DNA of 64,000 nucleotides from Bdellovibrionia bacterium (GTDB lineage Bacteria; Bdellovibrionota; UBA1018): NCBI GenBank assembly GCA_045805065.1, contig JBJMMA010000060.1, positions 15,462 to 79,461 of the forward strand, read 5' to 3'. Shown piece by piece: positions 63,192 to 64,000 of this stretch (position 1 is its first letter; each line of letters starts with the position of its first letter). The notes under the pieces were generated by a model. It saw only the letters and a program-made list of their open reading frames with translations, ran no database searches and was not told where the DNA came from. The position numbers and the translations under genes were made by a program.

Positions 63192-63920
63192 TTAGTTACA
63201 GGGAACAAAAACTACAAACGTATAGCCCTTTGTCTTGAGCTCATCGATGAGCGGGCGCAGGACGGCAAGGCTGGCTTCTTCGGTTTCGTGAAACGCGATG
63301 ATGCCGCCTTTGTCCTTCTTGATGGTTTGAAGGATGTGGTCATAGAGCGCCACTTCATCGTGGAGCTTCCAATCGAGGCTATCCGTATTCCATTGAAAGA
63401 TCGGCATTCTCTTCTTTTTGAGAATGTCTTTCACTTCGCTATTGAGAAGGCCGTAGGGGGGGCGAAAAAACGGAGCATCCACGCCGGAGGCTGCTTCGGC
63501 TTCGTCGCGACCTTGGGCAATTTGCTTTTCGGCTCTCTTGAGGTCCAAACGGCTGAGGTCGACATGGCCAAAGGTTTGGGTTCCCAGGGTGTGCTTTTCT
63601 GCAACTAACCGGTGGTCAATCTCAGGATGGGCGCGCATTTTGTCGCCTACATGGAAGAAGGTGGCGCGGACTCCTGTTGACTTGAGGGTATCTAGGACTC
63701 GCGGAGTCCGAGATGGGTCGGGTCCATCATTAAAGATGAAGGCGACTTGATAGTCTTTGAGCTGCGATTGGGTCACGGTGGGGGAGTCAGCGATCGAGAT
63801 CTTGCACTCCACGGCATGAACCTTGGTCTGACCTGGTTTTAACTTCTGAATGGATTGGCCGAGGTGCTGACGTAAGCGAATAGCGCTTTCTTGCCAGAAT
63901 TTCGTTAACTTGGCTCGCAA
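63192..63920 (-). CDS. polysaccharide deacetylase (NodB homology domain, carbohydrate esterase family 4)
   Basis: The CE4 motifs are IFNDGPDPSRTPRVLDTLKSTGVRATFF (the TFDDGP-like block), the H-x4-H region, and the PPYG...LDW C-terminal motif. Confidence 0.7.
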   Translation of the reverse strand: MRAKLTKFWQESAIRLRQHLGQSIQKLKPGQTKVHAVECKISIADSPTVTQSQLKDYQVAFIFNDGPDPSRTPRVLDTLKSTGVRATFFHVGDKMRAHPEIDHRLVAEKHTLGTQTFGHVDLSRLDLKRAEKQIAQGRDEAEAASGVDAPFFRPPYGLLNSEVKDILKKKRMPIFQWNTDSLDWKLHDEVALYDHILQTIKKDKGGIIAFHETEEASLAVLRPLIDELKTKGYTFVVFVPCN

Positions 63921-64000
63921 ACCTGCCGCACAAGTGAGCTGGCCTTCGTTTGCCGGCTGACTGATCTCGCCTTCGAAGAATGACAGTTGCTCGGGTGGCA

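Noticed and set aside
1-64000. CRISPR arrays, tRNA/rRNA genes, transposases, integrases, phage genes
   Set aside because: No regularly spaced short direct repeats were seen, no tRNA-like T-arm (GTTCGAATC-type) or rRNA sequences, and no protein with transposase/integrase motifs. The only multi-copy DNA is the hairpin element family and intragenic coding repeats.

Overview
The window looks like chromosomal DNA, about 50% GC, from a Bdellovibrio-like predatory bacterium. That assignment is an inference from content: many paralogous secreted-protein families, TIGR02147-type regulator paralogs and eukaryote-like domains. The backbone is ordinary housekeeping: a lipid A / LPS core operon (lpxD-lpxA-lpxB-lpxK-lpxL-lipoprotein-GT9-GT4), rpsA, a divergent oxyR/ahpCF pair, sppA, rsmB, ssb, mpl, purU, a CBS plus cystathionine gamma-lyase pair, and a signalling cluster (Hanks kinase, OmpR regulator, HD-GYP, PP2C phosphatase). 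Three accessory stretches sit on that backbone. (1) 12.7-18.6 kb has four consecutive signal-peptide proteins. One is an 817-aa protein with an unmistakable PARP-type catalytic signature (LYHGT...ILSQGILP...GKGLYA) downstream of a possible nucleotidyltransferase motif, and one is an FCP1/NIF-type phosphatase. (2) A previously undescribed intergenic element family has four copies (25.1, 27.1, 50.3 and 59.9 kb). Each has a conserved 58-nt two-hairpin core with compensatory base-pair changes between copies. The core is enclosed by a long, nearly perfect, locus-specific inverted repeat (28-36 bp). Three copies are followed by a conserved 42-nt box containing AAGGAGG, and one copy has its core inverted relative to that box. 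(3) 25-27 kb and 50.5-59.7 kb hold three paralogous modules (a TIGR02147-like HTH regulator next to a secreted GGGGD-C protein) plus tandem arrays of two small secreted-protein families. No tRNA, rRNA, CRISPR array or recognisable transposase was seen. All coordinates and motifs were read by eye from the sequence and ORF track, and nothing was searched against a database.
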